Below are positions 1-9,905 of a stretch of DNA of 64,000 nt, in pieces. Within the stretch, counting starts at the first letter, position 1. Each line of letters starts with the position of its first letter. The position numbers and the translations under genes are program-made. The notes beneath the pieces were generated by a model. The model ran no database searches, had not been told where the DNA came from, and saw only the letters and a list, made by a program, of their open reading frames with translations. Origin of the DNA: a virus (Duplodnaviria > Caudoviricetes); the IMG/VR virus record IMGVR_UViG_2897059268_000002, positions 1 to 64,000 of that record; one strand, 5' to 3'.

Positions 1-1272
1 TTAGCCCCAGATCGCGTCTCCCAGCCGGCCCGGCACCGACTCCCACCGGTCCTGCAGCGACTTCATGATGGCCTGCTCCATCGGAACGGTGACGCTGCTG
101 TAGACGCCCTCGACTCCCGGCACCTCGTGCCCCATGCGCGTCTCCACCGCGAACCGGCTGTGCCCGTCCTCGTCAAGCCACGCCTTCGCGCTGTGCCGCA
201 CAAGGTAGAGCCGCTTCCCGGCGAACGCCGGCACGGCAGGCAACGCCGACCGGTCGCCAGTCGGCCGAGCACCTTCCCCTGCCTTCGTGCCGTCGGCGAT
301 CTGCCGCCAGTACCGGTAGTTGAAGTTCGTCGACCTCAGGTTGCCGCCGGTCGGCGTGCAGAGCACCGTGTCGAAGCTGTGCTCCTTCAGGAGCTTCTCC
401 AGCATGTCCGCCAGGAACGGCGGGATCACCAGCGACCGGTAGGACTCGTACTTGGGAGGAAAGAACTGCAGAACCCGGTTCGCGTACTGGCACTGCCGCT
501 CGACGCGGATCGCGGGCATCAGCCCTTCACCCTTGCCGTACCGCTCTATGTCCTCCGCGTATCGGTCGGACTCCTCCGGGTCCAGCCGCAAGTCCGACCC
601 GGGCCACGTCGGATAGCAGAACTCCCGCGTGAGCCCGAAGAGTTCCGCCGGCCGCATGCCGGTCGTGGCCATCGTCCAGATGAACACGTACCCGGCCGGC
701 CCGATGACGGTGTGAGCGTTGCGGGCGAGCGCTTCGATGATGGTCGGGTCGGTGTCCTTCTTCCGCTCCCGCTTCTTCTTCGTGTACTTGCCGCGGCGGC
801 GGTGGCGTTCGACGGGGGAGGTCTTGCGGAGCTCGGCAGCGACGGCATCGTCCATGGCCATGCTGAAGACGTTGAGGATGGACTTGCGGCTGTTCTCGCT
901 CGGCAGGACGGCCTTGAGGTGCTTCTTCAAGGCCCGGTGGTCCATGATGCCGAGGTCACCGACGGTCCTGTTCTTGAAGAACGGTTTGATGTGCACCCGG
1001 ATCGCGGACTCATACGTGACAAGCGACCGGTGTGCCAGGTCGAGCGAGGCGTACCAAGCGTCCAGCCAGTCGGCGAGGAGCATGGCGCCGTCGCGGTTGG
1101 TGATGTGGGTGCCGTGGCGGACCTCGTACTCCATGTCCTGGCCGTGCTGGAGCGCTGCGTCCTCGTCGGTGAAGCCACCCTTGGACTCGTAGCGCTTCCG
1201 GCCGTTGGCGTGGTGCTCGCCGGTCCACCACTTGACTCGGCACGTTTCTCCGCGCCACTCAACGTGCGGCAT
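1..1272 (-). CDS. int: Tyrosine recombinase / phage integrase
   Basis: TGMRPAEL (catalytic R), YLVRH (HxxR-like box with Y), MGH and VYS (catalytic Y); GGAGG RBS before ATG at 1272. Confidence 0.92.
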   Translation of the reverse strand: MPHVEWRGETCRVKWWTGEHHANGRKRYESKGGFTDEDAALQHGQDMEYEVRHGTHITNRDGAMLLADWLDAWYASLDLAHRSLVTYESAIRVHIKPFFKNRTVGDLGIMDHRALKKHLKAVLPSENSRKSILNVFSMAMDDAVAAELRKTSPVERHRRRGKYTKKKRERKKDTDPTIIEALARNAHTVIGPAGYVFIWTMATTGMRPAELFGLTREFCYPTWPGSDLRLDPEESDRYAEDIERYGKGEGLMPAIRVERQCQYANRVLQFFPPKYESYRSLVIPPFLADMLEKLLKEHSFDTVLCTPTGGNLRSTNFNYRYWRQIADGTKAGEGARPTGDRSALPAVPAFAGKRLYLVRHSAKAWLDEDGHSRFAVETRMGHEVPGVEGVYSSVTVPMEQAIMKSLQDRWESVPGRLGDAIWG

Positions 1273-1339
1273 GGGGCCTCCCATGGTGGGCGTGGTGTCC
1301 GGCTAGCTTCCCCGCTGCCGGACCACCCGCCTGACTGCT

Positions 1340-1546
1340 TCAATCCGGTTTGCCCATTGGGCAGTTACCGCATTCCGAGCAGTCTCCTCCTTCGCGCCGG
1401 ACCAGTTCTCGCATGACGGCCCTGACTGCCGGATCACGCTCGAACCTGGGCGCTGCTACACAGACGATCTTCTCAGATGTACGGCCCACCCAGGCGTAGA
1501 ACTCCGGGCCGTAGTCCCTCAGTATCAGATCACCGTGCATCACCAT
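1340..1546 (-). CDS. Small Cys-rich hypothetical protein between repressor and integrase
   Basis: ATG at 1546 after a G-rich RBS; C-terminal CSECGNCP. Confidence 0.6.
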   Translation of the reverse strand: MVMHGDLILRDYGPEFYAWVGRTSEKIVCVAAPRFERDPAVRAVMRELVRREGGDCSECGNCPMGKPD

Positions 1547-1703
1547 GGTCCCCCCTTCGGGACGGGAGACCCCCCAAGGTGTGGTGTTGACTCTGCCACG
1601 TTCAGGGCCAGTTGGGGCCGGGTCGGAGCGATGTTGACGGCGGAAATTCCGTAACAAAGCACTTACAGGCAAAAGGTTGTAGTCCAAACGGGTGAATCTT
1701 GCG

Positions 1704-2120
1704 TCAAATGATCCCCTTAGCTTCGAGATCTTCGATGATGCGGGCGCTCAGGGCGCGGATCTGCGGCGCGTCCAGGTCTGTCACGCCGATGGATGCACTC
1801 TCGACCACCTGTCGGACTACTGCTGCCCGGTCCACGCCATCGGCGATGACGACGTTCGGGGCGGTGTCGGAATCGCTGGCACGCACCGGGCGCCCGCCCT
1901 CGGCGATGGCGTCGCAGCTGCCGGTGGCCCAGCCCAGGGCGTGGTCGATCTTGGCGTAGTTCAGTGAGCGAACGGGGTTCGCCTCTTCGACGCGCTTCCA
2001 GGTGTCTTTGGCGATACCAGCTTCGGTGGCGGCCTTGGTTCTCGCGAGACCGAGTTGGTGGCGGCGGGCCTTGACGGCTTGCGCTAGGCGTGTGAGGTCG
2101 CGGGGTGGCATGACCCCCAT
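1704..2120 (-). CDS. XRE-family HTH immunity repressor
   Basis: LAQAVKARRHQLGLARTKAATEAGIAKDTWKRVE HTH; divergent from cro-like gene and co-oriented with int. Confidence 0.8.
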   Translation of the reverse strand: MGVMPPRDLTRLAQAVKARRHQLGLARTKAATEAGIAKDTWKRVEEANPVRSLNYAKIDHALGWATGSCDAIAEGGRPVRASDSDTAPNVVIADGVDRAAVVRQVVESASIGVTDLDAPQIRALSARIIEDLEAKGII

Positions 2121-2125
2121 CTTGG

Positions 2126-2295
2126 CAGGGCCAGGCGGGGCCAGCTAGGACCGGCCGCCAGTACGGCTTGAACTTTGACAAGCGTCTGACGTGCACGAAT
2201 GCGCCGGGCGTGAACTCGGCGCGCCTTCGAAGGTCATCTAGGGCTAACTGACAGGCAACTGGAGCTAGACAGGAGGGCTAACTAGGGATAGCTTC
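2126..2295. promoter_or_regulatory. Divergent lysis/lysogeny switch region with candidate operators
   Basis: AGGGCTAACT at 2240-2249 and 2274-2283; related GGGGCCAGCTAGG near 2137. Confidence 0.5.
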
Positions 2296-2300
2296 ATGGC

Positions 2301-2546
2301 ATGCGCCAACCCCAACCCACCTTCGAAGTGGACGGGGCGGAAATCCGCCACCGCCGCATGCAGATGGGCCTCGAAATGACCGAGCTGGCCGAACGCGTGG
2401 GCATAAGTCGGCGCTACCTCAGCCACCTCGAAAACGGCACCCGCACCCGCATGAGACCGCGCCGATACGCCGCCCTCTGCAAGCAGCTCGACGCGCACAC
2501 CGAAGACCTCCTCGCCCCACAGGGGACCCAACCACTTAAGGAGTGA
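2301..2546 (+). CDS. Cro-like XRE HTH regulator
   Basis: IRHRRMQMGLEMTELAERVGISRRYLSHLENG. Confidence 0.85.
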   Translation: MRQPQPTFEVDGAEIRHRRMQMGLEMTELAERVGISRRYLSHLENGTRTRMRPRRYAALCKQLDAHTEDLLAPQGTQPLKE

Positions 2547-2547
2547 C

Positions 2548-2856
2548 ATGCCCGGCGACAAGTACGAGAAGTACGGCCGCCCGATTCCCCCCGCCGACCC
2601 GAACCAGGAGTACATGACCGTCCAGGAGACGGCCCACGTCCTGAAGGTGTCCGTGTCCTGGCTCCGTCGGTTCCTGCGGGACCACCCGAAGCTGCACTCC
2701 CGGCTCGGCCGGCGAATCGTCACGGACCGGGCTGACCGGGCTGCGATCTACGGGGCGAAGCGCCTGGGCGGCACGGCTCACCGAGGGAGCAAGCGTCGTC
2801 CGGCTCGCCGGCCGAGCACCTCGGTGCACACGACGCCGCTGAAGTCCGCTGCCTGA
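2548..2856 (+). CDS. Excisionase-like HTH_17 DNA-binding protein
   Basis: YMTVQETAHVLKVSVSWLRR; follows cro. Confidence 0.75.
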   Translation: MPGDKYEKYGRPIPPADPNQEYMTVQETAHVLKVSVSWLRRFLRDHPKLHSRLGRRIVTDRADRAAIYGAKRLGGTAHRGSKRRPARRPSTSVHTTPLKSAA

Positions 2857-2942
2857 GCAGCTGTGAGGCCGCCCCCGTAACGCCAAGTCCGGGAACGGCC
2901 TCGTGATCCACCCACACCTCTCTCCGAAGAGAAGGGCAGACC

Positions 2943-3782
2943 ATGCCTGCATCATCCACTAGCCCGCGTGAGGTCGTACAGCTCGACCTGTCGGCGGGTT
3001 CCATCCAGACCACTCTGATCGACGGGGTTCCGCACATCGTGCTGAAGCCGGCCGTCGAGGAGCTCGGGCTCGCGTACTCGCCTCAGCTCCGCAAGCTCAA
3101 GACTCGCTCGTGGGGAACCGTGACCGAGACGGTCACGGTTGCCGAGGACGGCAAGCCGCGCCTGATGTCCGTCACGACGGTCCGCAGCTTCCTGATGCTC
3201 ATGTCGAACGTCAACGAGAACCGTGTCGCTGACGAGGTCCGCCCGACTCTGATCGCTTTCCAGAACGAGACCGCGGACGCGATCGAGGCGTACTGGACGC
3301 AGGGCGGTGCGATCAACCCGCGGGCGTCGGAGACGCAGCTGGACTCGCTGATCGCTCGGGCGAAGCAGCAGGCCGAGGTGCTGTCCATCCTGTCGGGGAT
3401 CGTCTCGCCGGTGTGGCTGGAGACGAAGGGCCGCCTCGTTGCCGCCCGCGCCCTGGGTGAGGAGCCGGAGGTCGACCCGCTGGATGTCCCGCTGTACGTC
3501 CCGGACTTCCTGAAGGGCCTGGGGTTGAAGCGGAAGCAGATCGAGTCGGTGCAGTCCTGGTTCGGCCGGCGTGCCGTGACCATCTGCGACGAGCTGAACA
3601 TCGACGCCCCGGAGAAGCGGCAGTCGGATCTGCCGAATGGCACGGTGCGTGAGACGAAGGCGTGGACGGAGCGGCACCGGCCGGTGTTCGAGCTGACGTG
3701 GGCCCGCCACTACGCGGCGGACTTCCCGACGCAGACGGTGTTGCCGTCGATCCCGTCGCAGCGTGAGGCAGGTGCCCTGTGA
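2943..3782 (+). CDS. Phage antirepressor (P22 Ant N-terminal-like)
   Basis: IVLKPAVEELGLAYSPQLRKLK...FQNETADAIEAYWTQGGAINPR. Confidence 0.75.
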   Translation: MPASSTSPREVVQLDLSAGSIQTTLIDGVPHIVLKPAVEELGLAYSPQLRKLKTRSWGTVTETVTVAEDGKPRLMSVTTVRSFLMLMSNVNENRVADEVRPTLIAFQNETADAIEAYWTQGGAINPRASETQLDSLIARAKQQAEVLSILSGIVSPVWLETKGRLVAARALGEEPEVDPLDVPLYVPDFLKGLGLKRKQIESVQSWFGRRAVTICDELNIDAPEKRQSDLPNGTVRETKAWTERHRPVFELTWARHYAADFPTQTVLPSIPSQREAGAL

Positions 3783-4330
3783 GCGCCCCGATGACGCACG
3801 CCGGCCCGAAGGCGTGCGGTACGTGCAAGGCCCTCGTTCGGGACGGCAAGCCGATCGAGCACGAGCAGTGCGCCGCCCGCGCGGTGCTGCTCCTGCCGCC
3901 GGACCAGCCGATGTACGAGGACCTCGTCGACCTGACCGACGAGCAGCGCAAGGCGCTCCCGGCCCGGTTCCACACGCCCGTCTTCGACGGCCTTGGCCAG
4001 CCGAACTTGTGGCTGTGCCAGGTGTGCTGGGGCGACGGCTGGGTTTCGCAGTGGCCGTGCGGCCCGGCGCAGGAGAAGGGCGCCATGGTCTTCGTGTCGG
4101 AGGGGGCGGCGGCGGACATTGCCACCGAGCTGGTCCGACTGCGGGCCCGGGTCGCCGAGTTGGAGGCGCGGCCGTCGCCCGCCACGGTGCTGCGGCAGGT
4201 GGCCGACCAGTGGGCTGCCCACTGCCCCGAGCACTCCGACGCCGAAGACGTGTGGATGGACTGCCCGGAGGGCTGGGTGTTCGAGCTCCGCCGCACGGCC
4301 GACAACCGGGCCGAGGGCGGTGCCCTGTGA
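3779..4330 (+). CDS. Hypothetical phage protein (Cys motifs)
   Basis: GTGA-coupled ORF with GC3-rich codons. Confidence 0.7.
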   Translation: MSAPMTHAGPKACGTCKALVRDGKPIEHEQCAARAVLLLPPDQPMYEDLVDLTDEQRKALPARFHTPVFDGLGQPNLWLCQVCWGDGWVSQWPCGPAQEKGAMVFVSEGAAADIATELVRLRARVAELEARPSPATVLRQVADQWAAHCPEHSDAEDVWMDCPEGWVFELRRTADNRAEGGAL

Positions 4331-4746
4331 GCGCCCGCGAGAACCTGCTAGACGCCATCGGTTTCGCCGACGCGATGAACCTGGGAAGCGAGCCCGAGTG
4401 GCTGATCGACGCCTACCGCCTTGCGGTGATCGCTGAGCGGGACGCCCATATCATCGAGTGGCTGACGAAGAAGGCGCATGAGGAGGGCACCTCCAACAAG
4501 GAGCGCCGCACCCGCGCGGATGCCCTCTTCCGCATGGCCGACAAGCTGTCGCGCGGTGCCGTCCGTCCCCCGCTCTCGAAGGGGCCGGCCCCGGTCATCG
4601 AGCTCAGCAAGGCCGAGCAGCAGTTCCTCACGTTCGCTTTGGAGCTGGCCGCCGACCAGATGGCTTCGCGGGGCGACGAGTTCGACGACGCCGACGAGGC
4701 CGCGTTGGAGAGGCTGCGCACGCTCACCGGCGAGGTGACGTCGTGA
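4327..4746 (+). CDS. Hypothetical phage protein
   Basis: GTG at 4327 overlaps upstream stop; C-terminal domain resembles 44200-44493. Confidence 0.7.
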   Translation: MSARENLLDAIGFADAMNLGSEPEWLIDAYRLAVIAERDAHIIEWLTKKAHEEGTSNKERRTRADALFRMADKLSRGAVRPPLSKGPAPVIELSKAEQQFLTFALELAADQMASRGDEFDDADEAALERLRTLTGEVTS

Positions 4747-4991
4747 CTGCCGCCGACCTGTCCCGCGTGGACGTGCCGCTCGCCGACGTGGAGCTCCAGA
4801 CCGCGTGCGAGACGACGCGTAAGGCCCTGGCGAGGACGAACTCCCCGTCGGACCGGATCGCCTACGCGAACGACCTGTTCCTCCTGACCCACCCCGAGGC
4901 GTGCGCCACGGACGCCGACTACCCGCACTGGGTGGCAACCGACCTCGCCGAACAGATCCGCATCAGTGACGACCACCGGAGGACCCGATGA
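4743..4991 (+). CDS. Hypothetical protein
   Basis: Translationally coupled ORF. Confidence 0.65.
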   Translation: MTAADLSRVDVPLADVELQTACETTRKALARTNSPSDRIAYANDLFLLTHPEACATDADYPHWVATDLAEQIRISDDHRRTR

Positions 4992-5251
4992 CCACCATCA
5001 CGCTGTCGTGGGGCGACCGCCCGATCGACCTGGAGACCGCGGACGGCCGGACGTTCCTCCGACTGGGCCAGAACCTGCGGGTCGACGTCACCGACGCATC
5101 GCCCGCCCAGCTCGACCGGCTCGCCGAGGTGGCCGCCGACCTGGCCGACCACCAGCGGGACCGCTACCGCGCCGCCGAGGTGGCCGACGAGGTTGCCGCG
5201 GAGGACGGTCACCGGTTCGTCGGCGTCCCGTTCCAGCGGACTGCGGCATGA
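4988..5251 (+). CDS. Hypothetical protein
   Basis: ATGA overlap with GGAGG RBS. Confidence 0.7.
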   Translation: MTTITLSWGDRPIDLETADGRTFLRLGQNLRVDVTDASPAQLDRLAEVAADLADHQRDRYRAAEVADEVAAEDGHRFVGVPFQRTAA

Positions 5252-5541
5252 CTCCCCGCACGGAAACCGTGGCCGTCTCCCACTACTTGGTCGACTCCCC
5301 GGTCATTACCGGCCCGGTCGCCGACACGCTCGTCCGGTCGCTGCACCTCGACCGGCCCCGGGACCTGAAGGCGGAGCGGGACTACGCGGACAGCGTGACC
5401 GCCGGGTACGTCTCCCTCCCCGCCGGCTGCTCGATCCCCGGGCCGGAGCCGACCGCCCACGAGCTGAACAGCATCTGGGCCGAACTCGCACCCAGCCCGC
5501 TCGACGGGTTCAGCCGGCTCCTCCGCGACACCGCCTCGTGA
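5248..5541 (+). CDS. Hypothetical protein
   Basis: ATGA overlap. Confidence 0.6.
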   Translation: MTPRTETVAVSHYLVDSPVITGPVADTLVRSLHLDRPRDLKAERDYADSVTAGYVSLPAGCSIPGPEPTAHELNSIWAELAPSPLDGFSRLLRDTAS

Positions 5542-5617
5542 ACGTCACCGCCACCGTCATCGGCGTCATCTTCTGCGTGATGGCGGTGGCCCCCAGCCTC
5601 ACCCGGAAGGCCAAGCA

Positions 5618-6052
5618 ATGAGCAACGTCATATCCCGCCTGCACCGTGACCACCGGCCGAAGCACCGGGCGGCCGACAAGTGCAAGGTGCTCGCCGCCCA
5701 GGCGGGCCGGCTGACGGAGAAGCTGCAGCACGCGGACGCCATGATCCGGCGGCTGATCAACCAGACGTCGGATGCGAACCGGGCCCGCCAGGCGGCGGAA
5801 ACCCGGCTCAAGTTCGCGGAGGACGTCATCACGATCCGCGACGGTCAGATCCGCGACCTGCAAGCCATGATCCGGGACCTCGAAGCGGCCCGAGGCGAGG
5901 CGCCCACGGTCACCGGTTCAACAGCCGACCGGTTCGAAGCGGGCCCCGTGATCCGTCTCGGCGCCCGCACCCCGGATCACGTGCCGCCGGTGGACTCCGA
6001 AACCACCCAGCGCATCCCGCTCGACCAGCTGCCGACCACCGCAGCCGCCTGA
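5618..6052 (+). CDS. Hypothetical coiled-coil protein
   Basis: Heptad-like helical region; operon context. Confidence 0.65.
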   Translation: MSNVISRLHRDHRPKHRAADKCKVLAAQAGRLTEKLQHADAMIRRLINQTSDANRARQAAETRLKFAEDVITIRDGQIRDLQAMIRDLEAARGEAPTVTGSTADRFEAGPVIRLGARTPDHVPPVDSETTQRIPLDQLPTTAAA

Positions 6053-6127
6053 GACCCGCCGGGCCGGCGGATGCCACCGGCCCTCGGCCCGGCGCACCAG
6101 ATCCCAACAACGAGAAGGGAGTGAACG

Positions 6128-6874
6128 ATGGCCATGCGATGCGCCGAATGCAACAAGGAAGTCCAGAAGTGCAGGCGGGATCGTTGCGACAGCTGCTACC
6201 GCCGCCACGTCAAAGCCCTCAAACAGGCCGGTGAATTCACCCCACTGAGCTCCGGGCATCAGGCCCGGCCCGCGATCGAACGACTGCTTTCCAAGGTTGA
6301 CGTGGCACCTAGCGGGTGCTGGCTGTACTCGGGACACCTAGACCCTCAGGGATACGGGCGGATCACCGACGACAACGGGAAGACCTCCTCGGTCCACCGG
6401 ATGTCCTACGTCCACCACAGCGGCCCAATACCTCCCGGCCTCCAGGTTGATCACGAGTGCCACAACTTGGACATCGAGTGCGTGGCTGGCCCGAGATGCG
6501 TTCATCGGCGTTGCATCAACCCCGAGCACCTGAGGCTCGCCACGCCTCGGGACAACATCCTCCGGGGGCGAACTGTGGCTGCAGGCAATCGGGCCAAGAC
6601 CCGTTGCCGTCAGGGCCACGAGTACACGCCGGAGAACACCCGGGTCCTGCCGAGCGGTCGGCGAATCTGCCGGGCCTGTCAGCAGATCTGGTCCAAGTCG
6701 CGACCAGCGAAGGGCCTGACTCCGAGGATGACGCACGGCAAGCGCAGCACCTACACGCAGGGACAGTGCCGCTGCGAGCCCTGCAAGGCGGCGGAGCGAG
6801 CCCATTGGGCCGCCAGGTGTACCCCGGTCCGATCGCCCCGTGCGCCAGCCGACGACGTACCTGACACCCCTTGA
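6128..6874 (+). CDS. HNH endonuclease, possibly homing type
   Basis: GCWLYSGHLDPQGYG, VHRMSY, VDHEC...CINPEHL...DN, KTRCRQGHEYTPENT. Confidence 0.85.
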   Translation: MAMRCAECNKEVQKCRRDRCDSCYRRHVKALKQAGEFTPLSSGHQARPAIERLLSKVDVAPSGCWLYSGHLDPQGYGRITDDNGKTSSVHRMSYVHHSGPIPPGLQVDHECHNLDIECVAGPRCVHRRCINPEHLRLATPRDNILRGRTVAAGNRAKTRCRQGHEYTPENTRVLPSGRRICRACQQIWSKSRPAKGLTPRMTHGKRSTYTQGQCRCEPCKAAERAHWAARCTPVRSPRAPADDVPDTP

Positions 6875-6949
6875 TTCCTCAGAGCATGCGCCCCCGCCGA
6901 GGCGAATTCGGCAGGGGCGTCCACCACCAGCATCCCAGAGAAGGACGCC

Positions 6950-7447
6950 ATGGACCTCAGCACCCTCGACCAGGCCACCGAGCCCGCACCCGGCCTCGTC
7001 GTCTTCCGTCTCGACCCCAACCACCAGCCGCACAACCCGCAGCGGTGGCGCATCGGCCACAAGGCCAGCGGGCTCGCTATCGCCGACAGCATGCAGCACG
7101 AGAACGCCATCAAGGGCGCGGAACTCCTCGGCGCCCTGACCGACTGGACGCAGGACGCCGACACCGTCAAGGCCGCCATCGACCCGACGGACATGTTCAT
7201 CAAGCTCAGCTTCGTGTGGTGCATCGAGCCCGGCACCGATCCGCTGGCCCCTGGGGCGGACGCGAGCCGCAACGGCACGTACACCGACGCGGACATCGAG
7301 TCGGAGGCCGCCGAGTTCAAGGCGGACGGCTACAACGCCCACGAGATCTTGCTCGCGATGTCGCACCGGGTGCCGTGGATGGGCCTCGACACCGAGGACT
7401 TCAACGAGGCGCACAACCGCATTGCGACCCTCGCCGACGCCAACTAG
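6950..7447 (+). CDS. Hypothetical protein
   Basis: AAGGA RBS, GC3-rich, followed by a hairpin. Confidence 0.7.
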   Translation: MDLSTLDQATEPAPGLVVFRLDPNHQPHNPQRWRIGHKASGLAIADSMQHENAIKGAELLGALTDWTQDADTVKAAIDPTDMFIKLSFVWCIEPGTDPLAPGADASRNGTYTDADIESEAAEFKADGYNAHEILLAMSHRVPWMGLDTEDFNEAHNRIATLADAN

Positions 7448-7521
7448 CCCGCCTCACACGGACGCCCCCGCCGAGGCAAGCGGGCGGGGGCACCCAACCC
7501 CATCATCCCAGGAGGACCCCC

Positions 7522-8316
7522 GTGACCCAGATCAGCTTCCCCCTCAACAAGGCCGATGAGGCCCTCGACCAGTTCCTCAACGACGGCGACCGGGAGCGCA
7601 ACGGGCGGCGCGTGACCCGCATCGTTCTCGACGGCGACGACCAGGACTGCCTCGCAGTCATCCTCGACCCGGCCGAGCACCAAGAACTCGTGGAGGCCCA
7701 CGCTGCGTTCCAGCGTTCGCAGGAGCCGCAGCACGCCGCCGACCTCCCCGCCGGGTTCCGCCCGTACATCCACTCCCCGAATGCCACCGGCGACCGGCTG
7801 CTCCCCACCGAGCCCCTCCGCGAGCCCCTCGCCCACGCCATGTACGGCAAGCCGCACAGCAAGCTCACCGAGGACGAGAAGGCGACCATCATCGGCGTCT
7901 CCATCAACATCCTGCTCCGCGTCACCCTCGACGAGGACACCCAGGGAGCCGTCCCGATCCTGATGGTCTCGCACGCCAAGGACGACCCGGAGCCCCGCCA
8001 GTTCTGGCAGCTCGCCTACAAGACCGACACCGACGGCCTGTTCCTCCGCGCGGACGGCAACGGGTTCTTCGGTGCGGAGTGGCAGATCGTCACCGGGTCC
8101 GGGCTGAAGCTCCTGTCCGGTTGGTTCACCCGCGAGGACGCCGGGCTGGCTGCTGCTGCGATCGGCCGGGTGCTGCCGTACATCGACTGGATGTCGGCCA
8201 CGTCGGAAGACTTCACCGACGCGTCGAAGAAGGCGCTGGCCGCCACGGTCCGCCGCTACCACTTCGCCGGGCTCCGCGAGGACCAGTCCGAGCCCGAGCC
8301 GCTCGCGACCACCTGA
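7522..8316 (+). CDS. Hypothetical protein
   Basis: AGGAGG RBS, GTG at 7522. Confidence 0.7.
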   Translation: MTQISFPLNKADEALDQFLNDGDRERNGRRVTRIVLDGDDQDCLAVILDPAEHQELVEAHAAFQRSQEPQHAADLPAGFRPYIHSPNATGDRLLPTEPLREPLAHAMYGKPHSKLTEDEKATIIGVSINILLRVTLDEDTQGAVPILMVSHAKDDPEPRQFWQLAYKTDTDGLFLRADGNGFFGAEWQIVTGSGLKLLSGWFTREDAGLAAAAIGRVLPYIDWMSATSEDFTDASKKALAATVRRYHFAGLREDQSEPEPLATT

Positions 8317-8409
8317 CCCACCCCCGGCAGGCGTCTGAGCCCGGCTCCGTCTGCCCGCTGCGGGCCGCCACCACCGGGCGGCCCGCAGCAACCCACCCAG
8401 GAGAACCAC

Positions 8410-9072
8410 ATGAGCATGACCTTCACGCCCGGAAAGCAGCCCCTCCCCCTGGCCGCAGTCGACCTGGAGACGACAGGGCTCGACCCTGATCGTCACGACG
8501 CCTGGGAGATCGCCATCGTCCGCCGCGGAGCCGACGGGATGGTCAATGAGCACCTGTGGCAGAAGCGGCCCAGCGAGCAGGCGCTCCTGGAAGCGCAGCC
8601 CGAGGCCCTCAACATCAACCGGTACCACGAGCGCATGGTCGTACCTGAGGGCGCTTTCGCGCTCGATATGACTGGCGCCGACGGCACCACGCCGATCACC
8701 CTTGGTGAGCTGGTCAAGCAAGTTCACGGACTGCTCGACGGGGCGATCTTCATCGGGTCGAATCCCGGCTTCGACGCCGGGTTCCTCCGCAAGATGCTGG
8801 CCGCCGCACCGTGGCACTACCGGCCGATCTGCGTCGCAACTCTGGCCGCCGGCTTCCTCTACTCGGCCGAGCCGACTGAGATGCCCGACTTTGGCCACCC
8901 GTTCTCCACCGGGCATGTCTCCCGCCACATGGGCGTGCGCCAGCCCGGCCCGGGAGAAGCCCACACGGCCCTAGCTGACGCCCGCTGGGCTTTCGACCTG
9001 TACAACACGGTCCTCTCCAGCCCGGGAGACCGGGAGCGCTACCGGGTCAACCTCACGGACGGCGCCCGGTGA
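8410..9072 (+). CDS. DEDDh 3'-5' exonuclease (DnaQ-like)
   Basis: VDLETTG (ExoI), GSNPGFD (ExoII), HTALADA (ExoIII). Confidence 0.88.
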   Translation: MSMTFTPGKQPLPLAAVDLETTGLDPDRHDAWEIAIVRRGADGMVNEHLWQKRPSEQALLEAQPEALNINRYHERMVVPEGAFALDMTGADGTTPITLGELVKQVHGLLDGAIFIGSNPGFDAGFLRKMLAAAPWHYRPICVATLAAGFLYSAEPTEMPDFGHPFSTGHVSRHMGVRQPGPGEAHTALADARWAFDLYNTVLSSPGDRERYRVNLTDGAR

Positions 9073-9896
9073 CCGCCACCGTCGAGGAGGCCGAGGTCAT
9101 CCCCGGGGTCTACGACATCCCCACCGAGCAGTACCACGGCGACCCGATCCCCGGCGGCAGCCTCTCGTCGACCGGCGCCCGCACCCTCGTGAAGGCGCCG
9201 GCGAAATTCCGCTACGACCTGGACCACCCGGAGCCGTACAAAAAGGTCTTCGACTTCGGCACTGCTGCTCACAAGCTGGTCCTCGGAGATGGTCCCGAGC
9301 TGGTCCTCGTGGACGCGGCCCGCTGGGACACCAAGGAGATCAAGGCCCGAATCGTCAAGATCCGCGAGGCCGGGAACATCCCGCTCAAGAAGCCCGACCT
9401 GCAGCGCGTCCAGGACATGGCCACCGTCCTTAGCGAGGACCCCGAGGCCGCGGACCTGCTGCACCCCGACAGTGGCATCGCCGAGCAGTCCATGTTCTGG
9501 CGGACCGGCAACGTGTGGTGTCGCAGCCGCATCGACTGGCTCCGCGAGGACGGAATCGTCGACTACAAGACAGCCCGCTCCGCCCACCCTGACGCCATCG
9601 AGAAGGCGGTCGCGGAGCACGGCTACCACGTCCAGGACGACTGGTACCGGCGTGGTGCCGCTGCCCTCGGAGTCCTCCCGCGGGACACCCCGTTCCACTT
9701 CATCTTCCAGGAGAAGGAACCGCCGTACCTCGTCACGGTGGCCCGCCTCGACCTCTGGCGGCACATCGGTCACCAGGTCAGCGAACAGGCCCTGTTCCTC
9801 TACGACCACTGCCGCACCACCGGCCACTGGCCCGGCTACACCACCGACGTCGCATACATCTCACCGCCCGCCTGGCTCGACCGCCAGTACGCCTAG
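9069..9896 (+). CDS. RecE/exonuclease VIII-like PD-(D/E)XK nuclease
   Basis: YHGDP...LSSTGAR, FDFGTAAH, RSRIDWL, IVDYKT, YHVQ. Confidence 0.85.
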   Translation: MTATVEEAEVIPGVYDIPTEQYHGDPIPGGSLSSTGARTLVKAPAKFRYDLDHPEPYKKVFDFGTAAHKLVLGDGPELVLVDAARWDTKEIKARIVKIREAGNIPLKKPDLQRVQDMATVLSEDPEAADLLHPDSGIAEQSMFWRTGNVWCRSRIDWLREDGIVDYKTARSAHPDAIEKAVAEHGYHVQDDWYRRGAAALGVLPRDTPFHFIFQEKEPPYLVTVARLDLWRHIGHQVSEQALFLYDHCRTTGHWPGYTTDVAYISPPAWLDRQYA

Positions 9897-9905
9897 GAGC
9901 ACACC

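Noticed and set aside
1-60. attL/attR core or target tRNA
   Set aside because: The window begins at the integrase stop codon, so the attachment site would lie outside it
127-1416. Long antisense and alternate-frame ORFs here and throughout (e.g. 2952-4358, 7444-8964, 42129-43565)
   Set aside because: Shadow ORFs typical of high-GC DNA; Arg/Pro/Gly-rich and overlapping well-supported genes
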